This document shows positions 1 through 8,835 of a DNA stretch of 64,000 nt, one piece after another. This DNA comes from an uncultured Desulfospira sp. (GTDB lineage Bacteria > Desulfobacterota > Desulfobacteria > Desulfobacterales > Desulfobacteraceae), in the NCBI GenBank assembly GCA_963663165.1, contig OY760175.1, positions 5,152,001 through 5,216,000 on the forward strand. The letters run 5' to 3'. The notes beneath the pieces are model-generated. The model saw only the letters and a list, made by a program, of their open reading frames with translations, had not been told where the DNA came from and searched no databases. The position numbers were made by a program, and so were the translations under genes. Every line of letters begins with the position of its first letter. The first letter of the stretch is position 1.

Positions 1-1361
1 ATGGGAATATGGTTTTTTCCTTCCAGGATCTGCCAGGTCAACGGTGACCATCCCCTGCCCGAAGGAAGGTTGCTTTCATGAACTACCAGGTTGTGGGTAT
101 TCCTGGCCAGCAGATCGTGGGGGATCATCTGTCCGCAGCCTAAAAAAAATGCCGCGTCGCCTTCTTTCAGGTCCGAAACAAGGTGGCCGCTGTTGACCTG
201 GTGTCCCCTGGCGGTAAGGTCGTGTTCAAGTTGCTGGACAAACGGGTTTATCCAGGACTCTTTGTCCGAGACAATATTAATTTTCAGGTTAAATCCCCGG
301 GTGCCGTGCATCAGGGATAAAATGATTTTCTGCCTTCCTTTGCCGTCAATAAGGCGGCCTGCGTTATGACTGATTTTTTTTCTTAATTCTTTATTTCCCA
401 GCAGGGAATTTATTTTTTTGGCCGCTGCTTCTATGGAAATGCTTTCGTGCCAGCCACCGTTTATGCCGGCATTGGCAGTTTCGATCTGTTCAACAATTCT
501 TTTTTGATTATCGGCAATAACAAAGAAAAGCGTCGGAACGTTAAAATATAAAAGTTCCAACGCCGTGCTGCCCCCGGCAGAAATGGCCGCATCTGCCCAG
601 ATCATAAGTTCGGGCATGTTGGATGCATTGTCAATCACCTCAATGTCGTGAACAGACGCCTCGGCTTCTTTGGCCACGGATTCATGGTTCTGATTTCCGG
701 GACCTAGGGCCACTTTGATATTAAGGGTTAAGGCAGGTAACCGGTTTAGGGCTTTAATGGTTTTTAGAGTGACATTGTCAGGGTCAGATCCGCCCATGGT
801 AACCAGGATATTGGCAATGGGTTCTGTTTTGGGTATATCCGGCCTGTCAGCTGCTAAAAATTCGTCTCTTAACAGGGTGAAATCCGAACCCAGTAATGGT
901 ATGGTGCCGGGCAGGGTGTGGTAGGGGATGGTCTGTGCCCCGATATTCTGGTTTAACAAAATATCGGCATGGTAAAAGGGCAGGTGGTTATAATCATCAA
1001 TGAGCATCAGCTTTATGCCGTGTGTCCTGATTTTTTTATGATAATCGCAGGTGAACTGGTATCCATCCACCACCATAACCCTTGCGTCCCTTTGGGCGGC
1101 CATGGAAAGAGCGGTGTCAATGTCCGCGGGGTCAGGGCAGCTTTTTTCAATGAGGCAGGTTTCAAAATTCAAGGATTGAAGCCGTTGCAGCAAAGCCTCG
1201 TTTGACAGGCAGCAGATAAACAGCACCGTGCCGCCCTGCTTCACCCATTCCTGGGCCAGGGCAATGCACCGCATGATATGCCCTGTTCCCATTCTGTCAT
1301 CTGCATCGGCCCGGATAATAAGGGTGTTTTTGCCTGAGCGGCCGGGTTGCCCATTGGTCAC
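1..1361 (-). CDS. pseG: PseG/SpsG-like UDP-diacetamido-sugar hydrolase fused to a C-terminal formyltransferase domain (3' end runs off the window; absent from the ORF track)
   Basis: Manual translation of segments in the frame starting at GTG 1361: IIRADADDRMGTGHIMRCIALA, WADAAISAGGSTALELL and LIDGKGRQKI (PseG-type motifs), then in the same frame NLVVHESNLPSGRGWSPLTWQILEG (formyltransferase N-x-H-x-S-x-LP-x-x-RG-x-x-P-like motif). Confidence 0.85.
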   Translation of the reverse strand, partial: MTNGQPGRSGKNTLIIRADADDRMGTGHIMRCIALAQEWVKQGGTVLFICCLSNEALLQRLQSLNFETCLIEKSCPDPADIDTALSMAAQRDARVMVVDGYQFTCDYHKKIRTHGIKLMLIDDYNHLPFYHADILLNQNIGAQTIPYHTLPGTIPLLGSDFTLLRDEFLAADRPDIPKTEPIANILVTMGGSDPDNVTLKTIKALNRLPALTLNIKVALGPGNQNHESVAKEAEASVHDIEVIDNASNMPELMIWADAAISAGGSTALELLYFNVPTLFFVIADNQKRIVEQIETANAGINGGWHESISIEAAAKKINSLLGNKELRKKISHNAGRLIDGKGRQKIILSLMHGTRGFNLKINIVSDKESWINPFVQQLEHDLTARGHQVNSGHLVSDLKEGDAAFFLGCGQMIPHDLLARNTHNLVVHESNLPSGRGWSPLTWQILEGKNHIP

Positions 1362-1643
1362 GATATGCGCCCCTTTTTGGTCATGGGTTTTTAACACATC
1401 AAAGGATATTTAACGGTTGCCATATGCTATCAAACATACGGCCGTATATCAATAAATCGGTCATGACGTCTTTCGTTTGGGAGAAATGGCCGGAAATTCA
1501 ATTTTTTTCTTGTATTTTATCCGGGTTTTAATGATAACCCATAGGACGGGGAAAGACCTCTTATAAGAAACTGGAGACAAGAGACAAGAGGGCGGAGTAC
1601 CTGCGGTGCCCAATTTATAGCCTGCTGTTGCCGGTATCTTCAG

Positions 1644-1701
1644 TTTCATTATTTGTTGTGGGCGGGTCTTGATTGGATAACCAAGACGGCCCGTGGCCGT
1701 T
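1644..1701 (-). repeat. Dispersed two-hairpin intergenic element, copy A (partial, first hairpin only)
   Basis: Reverse complement AACGGCCACGGGCCGTCTTGGTTATCCAATCAAGACCCGCCCACAACAAATAATGAAA aligns with the copies at 8637, 8727, 22137 and 29448. Confidence 0.85.
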
Positions 1702-1737
1702 CAAAAGAAACGCCTGTTTGAAATATGGATGAATGAA

Positions 1738-2424
1738 ATGACCAATATCGCCATCATACCGGCCAGGGGCGGATCAAAACGGCTTCCCATGAAAAATATC
1801 CTGCCGGTGCTGGACCGGCCCATGCTGTCCTATCCGGTAAAAGCAGCCCTTGACAGCCATCTGTTTGATCAGGTGATTGTGTCCACGGAAGATGAAACCA
1901 TTCAGGCGGCCGCCCTTCAAAGCGGGGCACGTGTTCTGGTGCGCCCTGGCGAACTGGCCCGGGACCGTTCCACAGTTGCCCAGGTCTGCGAGCATGTCCT
2001 CAACACCCTTGCCGGGGAAGGCGTAAACCCGGCATGGTTCTGCTGTGTTTACGCCACGGCCCTGTTTTTAAAACCCGAGGATTTCAAGGCGTCTTTTAAC
2101 CTTGGGAAAACCGTTCCTCAAGCCGATGTCATCATGGGGGTTTCCCGGTTTAACCTCCAGCCGTTGCAGGCCATGGAAAGAAAAGACGGGTTTTTAAAGC
2201 CTAAATGGCCTGAATACAAGCTGCAATCCCAGTTTCATCCGGACCTTGTGGCCAGCAACGGCACCCTGTATTGGGCCAGAACAGATTCGTTTTTAAAGAA
2301 AAAAACCTTTTATACCGACCGGCTGACAGGGTATGAAATTCCCTGGATCCGGGCCATTGATGTGGATACCCCCGAAGATTATCAAAATGCCCAAATGCTG
2401 GCCCCCCTTATTTTGGACCGGTAA
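1738..2424 (+). CDS. pseF: CMP-nonulosonate (pseudaminic acid) cytidylyltransferase, NeuA/PseF family
   Basis: IAIIPARGGSKRLPMKNI, IVSTEDE and IDVDTPED motifs; next to pseG and a NeuB-family synthase; start set at the ATG of MTNIAII (ORF open from 1693). Confidence 0.85.
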   Translation: MTNIAIIPARGGSKRLPMKNILPVLDRPMLSYPVKAALDSHLFDQVIVSTEDETIQAAALQSGARVLVRPGELARDRSTVAQVCEHVLNTLAGEGVNPAWFCCVYATALFLKPEDFKASFNLGKTVPQADVIMGVSRFNLQPLQAMERKDGFLKPKWPEYKLQSQFHPDLVASNGTLYWARTDSFLKKKTFYTDRLTGYEIPWIRAIDVDTPEDYQNAQMLAPLILDR

Positions 2425-2482
2425 ATTTCAAGGGGACACACAGTAAAAGGGCGTTGGCAGAATTTTTTAAAAAAGAGGTCTC

Positions 2483-3547
2483 ATGAATGTTCAATTGGAA
2501 AACAAGACCATTGGGGACGGCAACCCCGTATTTATCGTGTTTGAGGCGGGCCCTACCCATGATGGCCTGGATTGTGCCAAAGCCCTTGTTAAACATGCCG
2601 CAGCGGCCGGGGCCGATGCGGTCAAATTCCAGATCCTGGACCCGGACCGGCTGGTGCCGGATAAAACCCAACGCTTTTCATATGACATCCTGCTGGACAA
2701 AGAGACCGGCCGGCGGGAAATCAAAACAGAACCCCTGTACGATATTTTAAAGCGGCGGTATCTGACATTTGACCAGTGGCGGCAGGTTAAAGCCTGTTGC
2801 GACGAGCTGGGAATCATCTTCTTTTCTACGGCCACGTTTAAAGAAGAAGTGGATTTTTTGAAAGAAATCGGTGCCCGGACCATTAAAATCTGTTCCGGGG
2901 ATATTAACCATCTTCCCTTTATCCGGTATTGCGCCGGGACCGGCATGGCCATCCAGCTGGATACGGGAAATGCCACCATTGGCGAGGTTGAACGGGCCTA
3001 TGACGAAGTGATCCGGGCCGGCAATCCCAATGTGATTATCCACAACTGCCCTTCGGGATATCCGGCCCGCCTTGAAAGCATCAATCTAAAGATGATTCCC
3101 ACCTTAAAACAGATGTTCGGGTGCCCGGTGGCTTTCTCAGACCACACCCCGGGATGGGAAATGGATATTGCCGCAATTGCTTTAGGGGCCAATATGGTGG
3201 AAAAAACCATTACCCCGGACCGGACCACCCCGAGTGTGGAACATCTGTTTTCCATTGAGCCCCATGAAATGAAAGCCTTTGTAACATCGGTCCGGGATCT
3301 TGAAACGGCCCTGGGAGATTCAAGAAGGTGTCTTAAACAAGAGGAGCGCCAACGGGGAATAGGCGTTCGCAGGTCCATTGTGTTAAACCAGGATGTCAAA
3401 AAAGGCCAGACAATAGACAGTTCAATGATCGATTATGCACGGCCCGGAACAGGGATCTCCCCTGACATGGCCGATGTGGTGGTGGGGAAAATATTGACCA
3501 AAGACCGGACCAAAGGGGGAATCCTCCAATGGGGTGACTTTGCGTAG
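2483..3547 (+). CDS. pseI: Nonulosonic acid synthase, NeuB/PseI family, with C-terminal SAF domain
   Basis: GADAVKFQ, KICSGDINH, FSDHTPG, VEKTIT and RRSIV...RPGTGI motifs; pseI rather than neuB/legI is inferred from the pseG/pseF context. Confidence 0.75.
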   Translation: MNVQLENKTIGDGNPVFIVFEAGPTHDGLDCAKALVKHAAAAGADAVKFQILDPDRLVPDKTQRFSYDILLDKETGRREIKTEPLYDILKRRYLTFDQWRQVKACCDELGIIFFSTATFKEEVDFLKEIGARTIKICSGDINHLPFIRYCAGTGMAIQLDTGNATIGEVERAYDEVIRAGNPNVIIHNCPSGYPARLESINLKMIPTLKQMFGCPVAFSDHTPGWEMDIAAIALGANMVEKTITPDRTTPSVEHLFSIEPHEMKAFVTSVRDLETALGDSRRCLKQEERQRGIGVRRSIVLNQDVKKGQTIDSSMIDYARPGTGISPDMADVVVGKILTKDRTKGGILQWGDFA

Positions 3548-3574
3548 CTTTAAAGATAAGAAAGAGGAATAAAC

Positions 3575-5050
3575 ATGTCCCTGGTGACCTTGGGTGACTT
3601 GCTTCAAAAAGGACTTGCCTGCCATACGGCAGGCAGATTACAGGAAGCCGAAAAAATATACCGGCAGATTCTCGCACAGGTTCCGGAACATCCAGACGCC
3701 ACCCATTTTATGGGGGTTCTGGCCTACAATGTCGGAAAAAATGATGTGGCCAAGATTTACCTTAGAAAAGCCATTGCGCTGATGCCTGAGAATTCCGCAT
3801 GCTATTGCAATATGGGCAATGTGTTTCAGCATGAAAAAGCGTACGCCAAGTCAATGGTATGGTATAAAATGTCCATTGAATTGAATCCTCAAAACCAAAA
3901 GGCCCACAGCAATCTGGGCGTGGCATATCTCAGGCTTGGGAAATTGGAAAAGGCCTTGAAATCTATTGAGACGGCCATTTCAATTGATCCTGAATACACC
4001 GATGCCCTGGTCAACTACGGTGAAACCCTTAAGGCCATGGGGGATTATGATAAGTCCCTGGACGCATATGATAGGGCCATTGCCATTTCCCCTGAATCCG
4101 TTGACGCCCACTGGAACCGGTCTATTATCTGGCTTACCAAGGGGAATTTCAGGGACGGGTGGCCGGAGTATGAATGGCGGTGGCGCCGTCCGACAACCCG
4201 TAAGCGGATGTTTGCCACGGGAACACTTTGGCAGGGGCAGCCCATTGCGGGAAAAACCCTGTTTGTTTTTGAAGAGCAGGGGCTTGGGGACACCATCCAG
4301 TTTGTCCGTTTCCTTCCCATGCTTAAACCATTGGGCTGCCGGGTGATTTTTGAGGTGGGGTTCCCCCTGATCCGGCTGATGAATGACACGAAATTATATG
4401 ACCGCCTCTGGGTTGGGCTCAAAGATGTGGATACCCGGCCTGTGGACCGGTTTGATTTTTACGCGCCCCTGTTGTCGTTGCCCGGGATTCTAAAGACAGA
4501 GGTTAAGACAATTCCAGCCCATATGCCATACCTTAAAGCGGACTTAAATCTTTGCCGTATCTGGAAAGGCCGGATGGCCCGGGATAACTCTTTTAAGGTG
4601 GGGCTTGTATGGGCAGGTCATCCGGATCATAATAACGATGCCAAGCGGTCCATTCCGTTACAGATGTTTCAGGAACTTGCCCATATTAAAGGCGTTTCTT
4701 TTTACAGCCTTCAAAAAGACAAGCATGACCAGTGGACGGATATGGACAGCCTGAAAATATTTGAAAAGGACTTTGGCCCTGAAATTTCAGACTTTGCAGA
4801 TACGGCCGCCATCATTGAGAATCTGGATCTTGTCATATCCGTGGACACGTCCGTGGTTCATCTGGCCGGTGCTTTGGGCAAACCTGTCTGGACCCTTATC
4901 CCGTTTGAACCTGACTTTCGCTGGCTGCTTGACCGGGAGGATTCCCCCTGGTATCCGACCATGAAACTTTTCAGGCAGCCGGGCTACGGGGCGTGGGAAC
5001 CGGTTTTAAAACGGGTTGCCCAGGCCCTTTCAAAAAAAATTCAGGGGTGA
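3575..5050 (+). CDS. TPR-repeat protein with C-terminal GT-B (GT9-like) glycosyltransferase domain
   Basis: N-terminal TPRs; GWPEYEWRW, EQGLGDTIQFVRF, KVGLVWAG, LDLVISVDTSVVHLAGALGKP and DSPWYPTMKLFRQ motifs. Confidence 0.85.
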   Translation: MSLVTLGDLLQKGLACHTAGRLQEAEKIYRQILAQVPEHPDATHFMGVLAYNVGKNDVAKIYLRKAIALMPENSACYCNMGNVFQHEKAYAKSMVWYKMSIELNPQNQKAHSNLGVAYLRLGKLEKALKSIETAISIDPEYTDALVNYGETLKAMGDYDKSLDAYDRAIAISPESVDAHWNRSIIWLTKGNFRDGWPEYEWRWRRPTTRKRMFATGTLWQGQPIAGKTLFVFEEQGLGDTIQFVRFLPMLKPLGCRVIFEVGFPLIRLMNDTKLYDRLWVGLKDVDTRPVDRFDFYAPLLSLPGILKTEVKTIPAHMPYLKADLNLCRIWKGRMARDNSFKVGLVWAGHPDHNNDAKRSIPLQMFQELAHIKGVSFYSLQKDKHDQWTDMDSLKIFEKDFGPEISDFADTAAIIENLDLVISVDTSVVHLAGALGKPVWTLIPFEPDFRWLLDREDSPWYPTMKLFRQPGYGAWEPVLKRVAQALSKKIQG

Positions 5051-5144
5051 GGTTTTCAGGCGCTAACACTGACATGTTTTAAAAGAACAGCCGTGGGGTC
5101 TGAACCGGTTCCTGCAGGAAAATAACAAAAAACTAAAAAAACGG

Positions 5145-5173
5145 TTGACAATAAATATCAAAACATATAGATT
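5145..5173 (+). promoter_or_regulatory. Sigma-70 promoter for the tRNA pair
   Basis: TTGACA-17 bp-TAGATT, 25 bp upstream of tRNA-Lys. Confidence 0.7.
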
Positions 5174-5198
5174 GCCCCTGTTTTTCGGAACCGCCTGC

Positions 5199-5274
5199 GG
5201 GCCGTTAACTCAGTTGGCAGAGTATCTGCCTTTTAAGCAGAGAGTCGCTGGTTCGAGCCCAGCACGGCCCACCA
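5199..5274 (+). tRNA. tRNA-Lys(TTT)
   Basis: GGGCCGT...ACGGCCC acceptor stem, anticodon arm TCTGC-CTTTTAA-GCAGA, GGTTCGAG T-loop, encoded CCA. Confidence 0.97.
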
Positions 5275-5304
5275 GCACTACTAAGGTGAAGAAAAATCCA
5301 ATGC

Positions 5305-5382
5305 GTCCCCATCGTCTAGCCCGGTCCAGGACACCGGCCTTTCACGCCGGCGACAGGGGTTCGAATCCCCTTGGGGACGCCA
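5305..5382 (+). tRNA. tRNA-Glu(TTC)
   Basis: GTCCCCA...TGGGGAC acceptor stem, anticodon arm CCGGC-CTTTCAC-GCCGG, GGTTCGAATCC, encoded CCA. Confidence 0.97.
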
Positions 5383-5393
5383 CTTAGAAAATC

Positions 5394-5425
5394 AAGGCTT
5401 TCAGCAAATTGCTGAGAGCCTTTTT
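5394..5425 (+). terminator. Intrinsic terminator after the tRNAs
   Basis: AAGGCTTTCAGC-AAATT-GCTGAGAGCCTT hairpin running into a T tract. Confidence 0.75.
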
Positions 5426-5549
5426 GCTTTGTGGGAAATGTGAATCCCAACCTTCCGCTGCCCTCATACGGTAATATTTTCCCATAATCCTTGGCCAAAG
5501 GGAAATATCTTCCAGAAAAACCCAGATTAATAAAGCGATTTTGTTTTTT

Positions 5550-5608
5550 TAATGTGTTGATTTTATGTTGGATATTGTATTTTTGCCTTTTTTGGCATGA
5601 TCATTGCT
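5550..5608 (+). promoter_or_regulatory. Sigma-54 promoter of fliK-flgD-flgE with upstream IHF site
   Basis: TGGCATGATCATTGCT (GG-N10-GC) at 5593-5608; 5550-5562 reads AATCAACACATTA on the minus strand, matching the IHF consensus WATCAA-N4-TTR. Confidence 0.8.
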
Positions 5609-5656
5609 CAATTGATCCTTAACAGGTTTTTCAACAGCTTTATTTGCAGGTGAGAA

Positions 5657-7432
5657 ATGAATTTTAATTTCGCAGACATAAACTCGCTGATGGACAATAT
5701 TATTCAGCATGGTCAGTCCCCAGGGATCAAAAAGGCCCTACCGGAAGGCGTTTCGTCTGATTCCCTGAATGAGTTTGAAAACGGGATTGCCGGGGCACTT
5801 GAAGGAAGCCGGGACAACGGTTCGTTCCATAGTTGCCTGAACCAGGCCATGGAAGGCAGTACGGTAAGCCAGGGCGGACAGAAGACAGTGATCCAGGAGA
5901 CCTTGAAAAAGGAAGCCATCCTGGACAGCATTAACGAAGCGTCCCTGAAAACCCTGGCAAGCTTAGAAGGGTTTAACTTTCTGATGGAGCTGAAAGAGGC
6001 TCTTTTATCTGCCGGCCAGGGAGATCTTAGCGAGATTACAATTGATGCTCAGGGGCTCCAGAATCTTGAAAGCATCTTAATTGAGGCCGGATTTGATTCC
6101 AATGAGGTTCAGGACCTTATAGCCGATCTTACCCTGACCCTGGAAGAAACCTCTACCCTTTCTTTTGCTGATTTTATGGATGACCTGTTTGAGCTGTCCC
6201 TTGCCGATGATTCACAGGATGATGCCCAGGCCGTGCTGGCGTCGTCTGCGGTTCCGTTTCTTCAAACCTTGCTGGTCAATCTCGGGATTGAATCAGCCCA
6301 GGCAGAGCAGGTGATTGCTCAGGCCATGCAAGGTGGCCAGGGCATCCGTCTGGATTCCCTGATTGATGAGCTCAAGGCCATTCAGGATGCCGCTCTGGTT
6401 TCAAAACAGTCTTACACAGCGCTTGAGGGAGAGGAGCCGTTTGCCGCCCTTTTAAAACAGCTTGGTATTGATTCCAGTCAGGTTTCAGGGACATCATCTG
6501 AGTCTGCGTCATTGGTTTTAGCATCGTCAGAATCTGCATCCAATTCCGTTTCCCAGGGGCTTAGCCTTACGGAATTGATTTCACTGCTTGAAGCAAAACA
6601 ACAGGAAATCACCGGTCAGACACCGGATCCTCAGACCGGCTCCGCACAGCAGGCGGGCCGTCTGGAAGCGTTGTTTCAACACCTTGAGACCGATGGGAAA
6701 TCCGCCACGGCCGCCGGGACCCTGGAAATGTCATGGGAACAGCCGCCGGATACCAGGGAATTGCCCCAGGCCGGCATAAAGGAAAATATGGGAACCCTTT
6801 CCCAGGTGATTGAGACCACCAGTGATTCAGGGCTTGGACAGGGAAGCACCAAAGACGGCTTCAAGGGGTTTGAATCTTCCACAGGGGAAAAATCAAATAC
6901 GGTAAACCTGGTTCAGATGGGGACGGCATCCGATTCAAATACCAGTGAAGCAAGCTTTGGCCGGGAAGTGTTAAAGTCGGCCTCACAATCCTTTAAAAGC
7001 CTTCCCAACCATGTCATCAACCAGGTGGGCAAAGGAATTGTCCGGGCTGCCAATCTTGGAGAGAAAACCCTTACCCTGAAATTAAATCCGCCCGAACTCG
7101 GGCGGGTGAATATGACCATTGAACATAACGGCAACAGTATGAAGGTCAATATTGTAACGGACAACCATGCGGCCAGGGAAATTCTGACATCCAATGTCAA
7201 TGAGCTCAAAACCGTGCTGGCCTCTTCAGGGATCAGTCTGGATCAGTTTGAAGTGGACATGAACAGCAACTTCAGACAGTCCATGGCCGATGCTCAGGAC
7301 GGCCAGTTTCAAAACAATCAGAATAAAAAACAAGGGGCATCGTTTGGGAACGGGGAAGCCGATGACACCGCCACCGAAGACATTGCCTTATCCGGAATGG
7401 AAACTCCGGGATCATACCATTTTGTAGCATAA
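5657..7432 (+). CDS. fliK: Flagellar hook-length control protein FliK
   Basis: Low-complexity N-terminal region and C-terminal Flg_hook domain (LKLNPPELGRVNM...LKTVLASSGISL); directly upstream of flgD. Confidence 0.9.
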   Translation: MNFNFADINSLMDNIIQHGQSPGIKKALPEGVSSDSLNEFENGIAGALEGSRDNGSFHSCLNQAMEGSTVSQGGQKTVIQETLKKEAILDSINEASLKTLASLEGFNFLMELKEALLSAGQGDLSEITIDAQGLQNLESILIEAGFDSNEVQDLIADLTLTLEETSTLSFADFMDDLFELSLADDSQDDAQAVLASSAVPFLQTLLVNLGIESAQAEQVIAQAMQGGQGIRLDSLIDELKAIQDAALVSKQSYTALEGEEPFAALLKQLGIDSSQVSGTSSESASLVLASSESASNSVSQGLSLTELISLLEAKQQEITGQTPDPQTGSAQQAGRLEALFQHLETDGKSATAAGTLEMSWEQPPDTRELPQAGIKENMGTLSQVIETTSDSGLGQGSTKDGFKGFESSTGEKSNTVNLVQMGTASDSNTSEASFGREVLKSASQSFKSLPNHVINQVGKGIVRAANLGEKTLTLKLNPPELGRVNMTIEHNGNSMKVNIVTDNHAAREILTSNVNELKTVLASSGISLDQFEVDMNSNFRQSMADAQDGQFQNNQNKKQGASFGNGEADDTATEDIALSGMETPGSYHFVA

Positions 7433-7444
7433 AGGAGGCATAGC

Positions 7445-8602
7445 ATGGCCGTAGATTCAACAAGCAGCAGCACGCTTTCAAGTATCAGTTCATCCTATGT
7501 TTCGACAACCACGGAAGATACGAAAGATTCAGAATATCTGGGAAAAGAAGATTTTCTGTCTTTGCTGGTGGCCCAGCTTCAAAACCAGGACCCCTTAGAT
7601 CCCAGTGAAGGAACCGACTTTGCCACGGAACTGGCAGAGTATTCCCAGCTCGAACAATTGATGAACCTCAATGAAAATATCGAAACCCTGGTCACCACCC
7701 TGAGCAGCACAACCGACGGGGATGCCACCGATTACCTGGGGAAAACCGTAACCGGCAATGTCAATACCATGGATGTCAGTGACGGGGAGGTGACCAGCGG
7801 ATTCTATAACCTGGCCCAGGCCGCCGAAGTGATTGTGGATATTTACGATGCCGACGGCAATACCGTCAACCGTCTCTATCTGGGCCAGGAAGAGGCCGGC
7901 GGACAGCTCATTGCCTGGGATGGCACCGACAGTGACGGCAATGCCGTTGAAGACGGAACCTATACCTATAAGGTTCTGGCCGACTACGGCTCTGGATTCG
8001 AAGAGGTTGAAACCAGCGTGACCGGGACCGTTGACGGTGTGGTGGAAAACAATGGGAAGACCTATCTGGTGGTCCAGGGTGTTCTGGTGGCCCTTGAAAA
8101 CCTGACAGCTGTTACTGAATCCAATACAACAGATTCAGAATCCCTCCTGGATTACCTGGGACTGGAGGTGACCACCAATGCCCCCATCGTTCTGGTGGAG
8201 GACGGTGCGGTTTACGGTGAGGATTTAAGCTTTGAACTGGAAACGGCTGAAGATGTAACGATCCGGATTTATGATCCCTACGATGAACTGGTGAAGACCA
8301 TTACCGTTTCAGCGGATAAGCTTTCGGCAGGAACCAACACGGTTCACTGGGATGCGGTTGCCGAGAACGGTTATGCGGTTTCCGACGGGTTGTATTACTA
8401 TACGGTCATGACCGATTCGGGTGAGTATGCCGACACCATTGAGTCCGGGACCGCCGGCGCTATTTTAAACGTGAACAGCAGCCAGTACCTGAAGCTGGAT
8501 GAAACCGGCCGGCTGGTCGCTTTGACCGCCATTACCAAGGTACAGGAAATTGCGGGCGATGAGGAGACTCAAAGTGATGACACCGCAAGCGATAGTGAAT
8601 AA
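7445..8602 (+). CDS. flgD: Flagellar hook capping protein FlgD with duplicated C-terminal module
   Basis: LGKEDFLSLLVAQLQNQDPLDP motif; WDGTDSDGNAVEDGTYTY Ig-like motif occurs twice. Confidence 0.93.
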   Translation: MAVDSTSSSTLSSISSSYVSTTTEDTKDSEYLGKEDFLSLLVAQLQNQDPLDPSEGTDFATELAEYSQLEQLMNLNENIETLVTTLSSTTDGDATDYLGKTVTGNVNTMDVSDGEVTSGFYNLAQAAEVIVDIYDADGNTVNRLYLGQEEAGGQLIAWDGTDSDGNAVEDGTYTYKVLADYGSGFEEVETSVTGTVDGVVENNGKTYLVVQGVLVALENLTAVTESNTTDSESLLDYLGLEVTTNAPIVLVEDGAVYGEDLSFELETAEDVTIRIYDPYDELVKTITVSADKLSAGTNTVHWDAVAENGYAVSDGLYYYTVMTDSGEYADTIESGTAGAILNVNSSQYLKLDETGRLVALTAITKVQEIAGDEETQSDDTASDSE

Positions 8603-8636
8603 CCCGAAAGCAACACAGCACAAGAACGTAATATAA

Positions 8637-8816
8637 ATAACGGCCATGGGCCGTCTTGGTTATCCAGCCAAGAACCGCTCACAACAAAGAATGAAAGTCT
8701 TCTCAAGATGTTAGTGAGACTTTCATATAACGGTCACGGACCGTCTTGGTTATCCAACCAAGAACTGCCCACAACAAATATTGAAAGCACTCAACAGGTT
8801 GCTGAGTCTTTCATAT
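8637..8816 (+). repeat. Dispersed two-hairpin element, tandem copies B (8637-8726) and C (8727-8816), period 90 bp
   Basis: ATAACGGYCAYGGRCCGTCTTGGTTATCCARCCAAGAACYGCYCACAACAAA...TGAAAG-loop-CTTTCAT occurs twice, filling most of the flgD-flgE spacer. Confidence 0.9.
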
Positions 8817-8835
8817 AAAATTCAGGAGAAAAACA

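Noticed and set aside
91..1413. Short plus-strand ORFs
   Set aside because: Antisense shadows of the minus-strand pseG fusion
5145..5498. ORFs 5145-5387(+) and 5316-5498(-)
   Set aside because: They overlap the tRNA-Lys and tRNA-Glu genes
5383..5656. Integrative element at tRNA-Glu
   Set aside because: No integrase and no duplicated tRNA 3' end; core flagellar genes follow directly
8637..8816. Tandem 90-bp units as a CRISPR array
   Set aside because: Only two adjacent units, a long degenerate conserved part, dispersed solo copies elsewhere and no cas genes
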